Part shown: piece by piece, positions 62,561 through 64,000 of the stretch
How the letters are laid out: each line of letters opens with the position of its first letter
Position numbering within the stretch: position 1 is the stretch's first letter
From: the human T2T-CHM13v2.0 reference genome, Homo sapiens
Length of the DNA: 64,000 nt
Reading direction: 5' to 3' (one strand)
NCBI RefSeq assembly: GCF_009914755.1
Contig: NC_060926.1
Position numbers and translations under genes: made by a program
Notes under the pieces: model-generated
The model's database searches: none
Told to the model about the DNA's origin: nothing
Seen by the model: only the letters and a program-made list of their open reading frames with translations

Positions 62561-62562
<2 letters not shown>

Positions 62563-63769
62563 CACAGTGAGTGAGGTGATTAAAGGAGATGAAAATGGCG
62601 GTATACACAATGCTACTCTCACTCTCCTACTCACACATAATAAGATACCAATATTTGGTTTTGATGTGCCCATTCTAGTAGTAAAAGTAGACACTTCTGT
62701 GAACATATACACAAAGAGGTGCAGATGCTTCAATAACAAGTTTATTTGCTTCTTGGAAAAGGAAACCGTATTTCTCATAATTATTTGTAATTACAACAGA
62801 CTTACTAGTAGTTGAGTCTCTACTAAAATAATTTAAAGTCAATCTTAACAGTTTTCCAAAAACACCTTCAAATTTGCCAGGAAACAAGGAGCCTAGAAAA
62901 ATGACTGATACAAAGACTAAATAAAAACAATGAATTGAAGGAACAGTTACTGATAGTTTTCATATGTAAATTCTGGCATTCCATCTTATTTTTAATTAAT
63001 TCCATTAAACTGGTGTTTCATAGGTCAGAGGATTTTATGACTATACACCAAAAATGTTATTTAAAATTCAGTTATAGGGAACCGCCCACAAATATTTTCT
63101 AACACTTTTTTCTTTTGTCCAATTCAAATTGTTTTTGCTTCACTTTTTTCTCCTTTAAGTCCAATTTCATTCTTTTTATTCACTTCCACTTCCTGTCTTT
63201 GCCCTTCAACAAGGAGTACTCCATTATAAAGTCTATTCCATTCTTTCTGGAATCTACATAGCACCAAACTAATCTGCACATACACTGAGGATGAGAAAGG
63301 AAAAAAAAAATCCCAGGTGATAGGGGATATCCTTACATACACACACAGTCTCACTGTCCTCTACCTCTCGACAAAAAACAAAACAAAACAAAACAAACAC
63401 AACCATAAATAGAATGGCCAAGGCTTATTTATGGAAAGGAAAAAGGGTAGCACAGGATAACATGAAAATACTGCCAAAGAAGCCTTCATCTCCTCTGGCC
63501 TAATTTAAATAGGGTTACTCAAGTTCATGGATTGGTAATGGATGATGTTGCAAGATAAGATAAATCAAAGAGTCATCACTAAAATATTATTTTATTCTAA
63601 GGACAGTCTGCGTCGTATGTTTTGACCTAAAAGATATGACTCACAGGGAGCCCAGGATTCCTTTTCCTTTCTTCCCTGAAATGTGAGCAAAAGCAAAAAG
63701 GGGTGAAGGTGCCATATACCAAGAGTCCAATGCCACCTGAATGATGATTTCATTGTGCTATTCATCAGA

Positions 63770-63915
63770 TATGTAACTTGGGGAAGTCACCTAACTTCTG
63801 AGCCTCAGTTTCCTCATCTATTAAATGGGGATAACTATACCTAACCAAATTAACTTCCTCACATGGTTACCATTAGGATCAAATGAGATAAGAGATCTGC
63901 AAGTACTTTGAAATC
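63770..63915 (+). mobile_element. MIR
   Basis: aagtcacctaacttctgagcctcagtttcctcatctattaaatggggataa...aggatcaaatgagataa. Confidence 0.85.
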
Positions 63916-64000
63916 ACCAAGTTCTGCTGATTCGACCGCCTATCTCTCAATTCTATTCACTTTTTTCAACCCCCACTGTCACTATCCTAATTCTGATCAC

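Overview
Human (primate) genomic DNA lying entirely inside the minus-strand THADA gene (2p21). Only three coding exons are present: 35594-35683 (90 nt), 33480-33611 (132 nt) and 3332-3500 (169 nt). They splice in frame with canonical GT-AG sites and give ...RMTGREFFSRFPELYPFLLKQLETVANTVDS DMGEPNRHPSMFLLLLVLERLYASPMDGTSSALSMGPFVPFIMR CGHSPVYHSREMAARALVPF...HGTLLQ. From memory these are exons 27, 28 and 29; that numbering is unverified. The rest is intron packed with Alu, MIR, L1M, L2, L3, DNA-transposon and LTR remnants, plus a truncated U6 retrocopy; nearly all other ORFs in the track are spurious. I see no new protein-coding system. The best leads are: (1) two phase-symmetric exons bracketed by inverted AluY elements, predicting exon skipping and a 222-nt circRNA with a stop-free ORF; (2) on the upstream side, an AluYa5 inserted into an older AluY and then partly duplicated by unequal crossover; (3) a fossil retroviral env next to an LTR40-like LTR; (4) a ~1.1-kb MER44 fold-back palindrome; (5) tiny TSD-flanked retro-insertions; (6) a repeat-free, homeobox-motif-rich candidate enhancer. 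Repeat subfamily names come from remembered consensus sequences and boundaries are approximate unless TSDs or TIRs are quoted.
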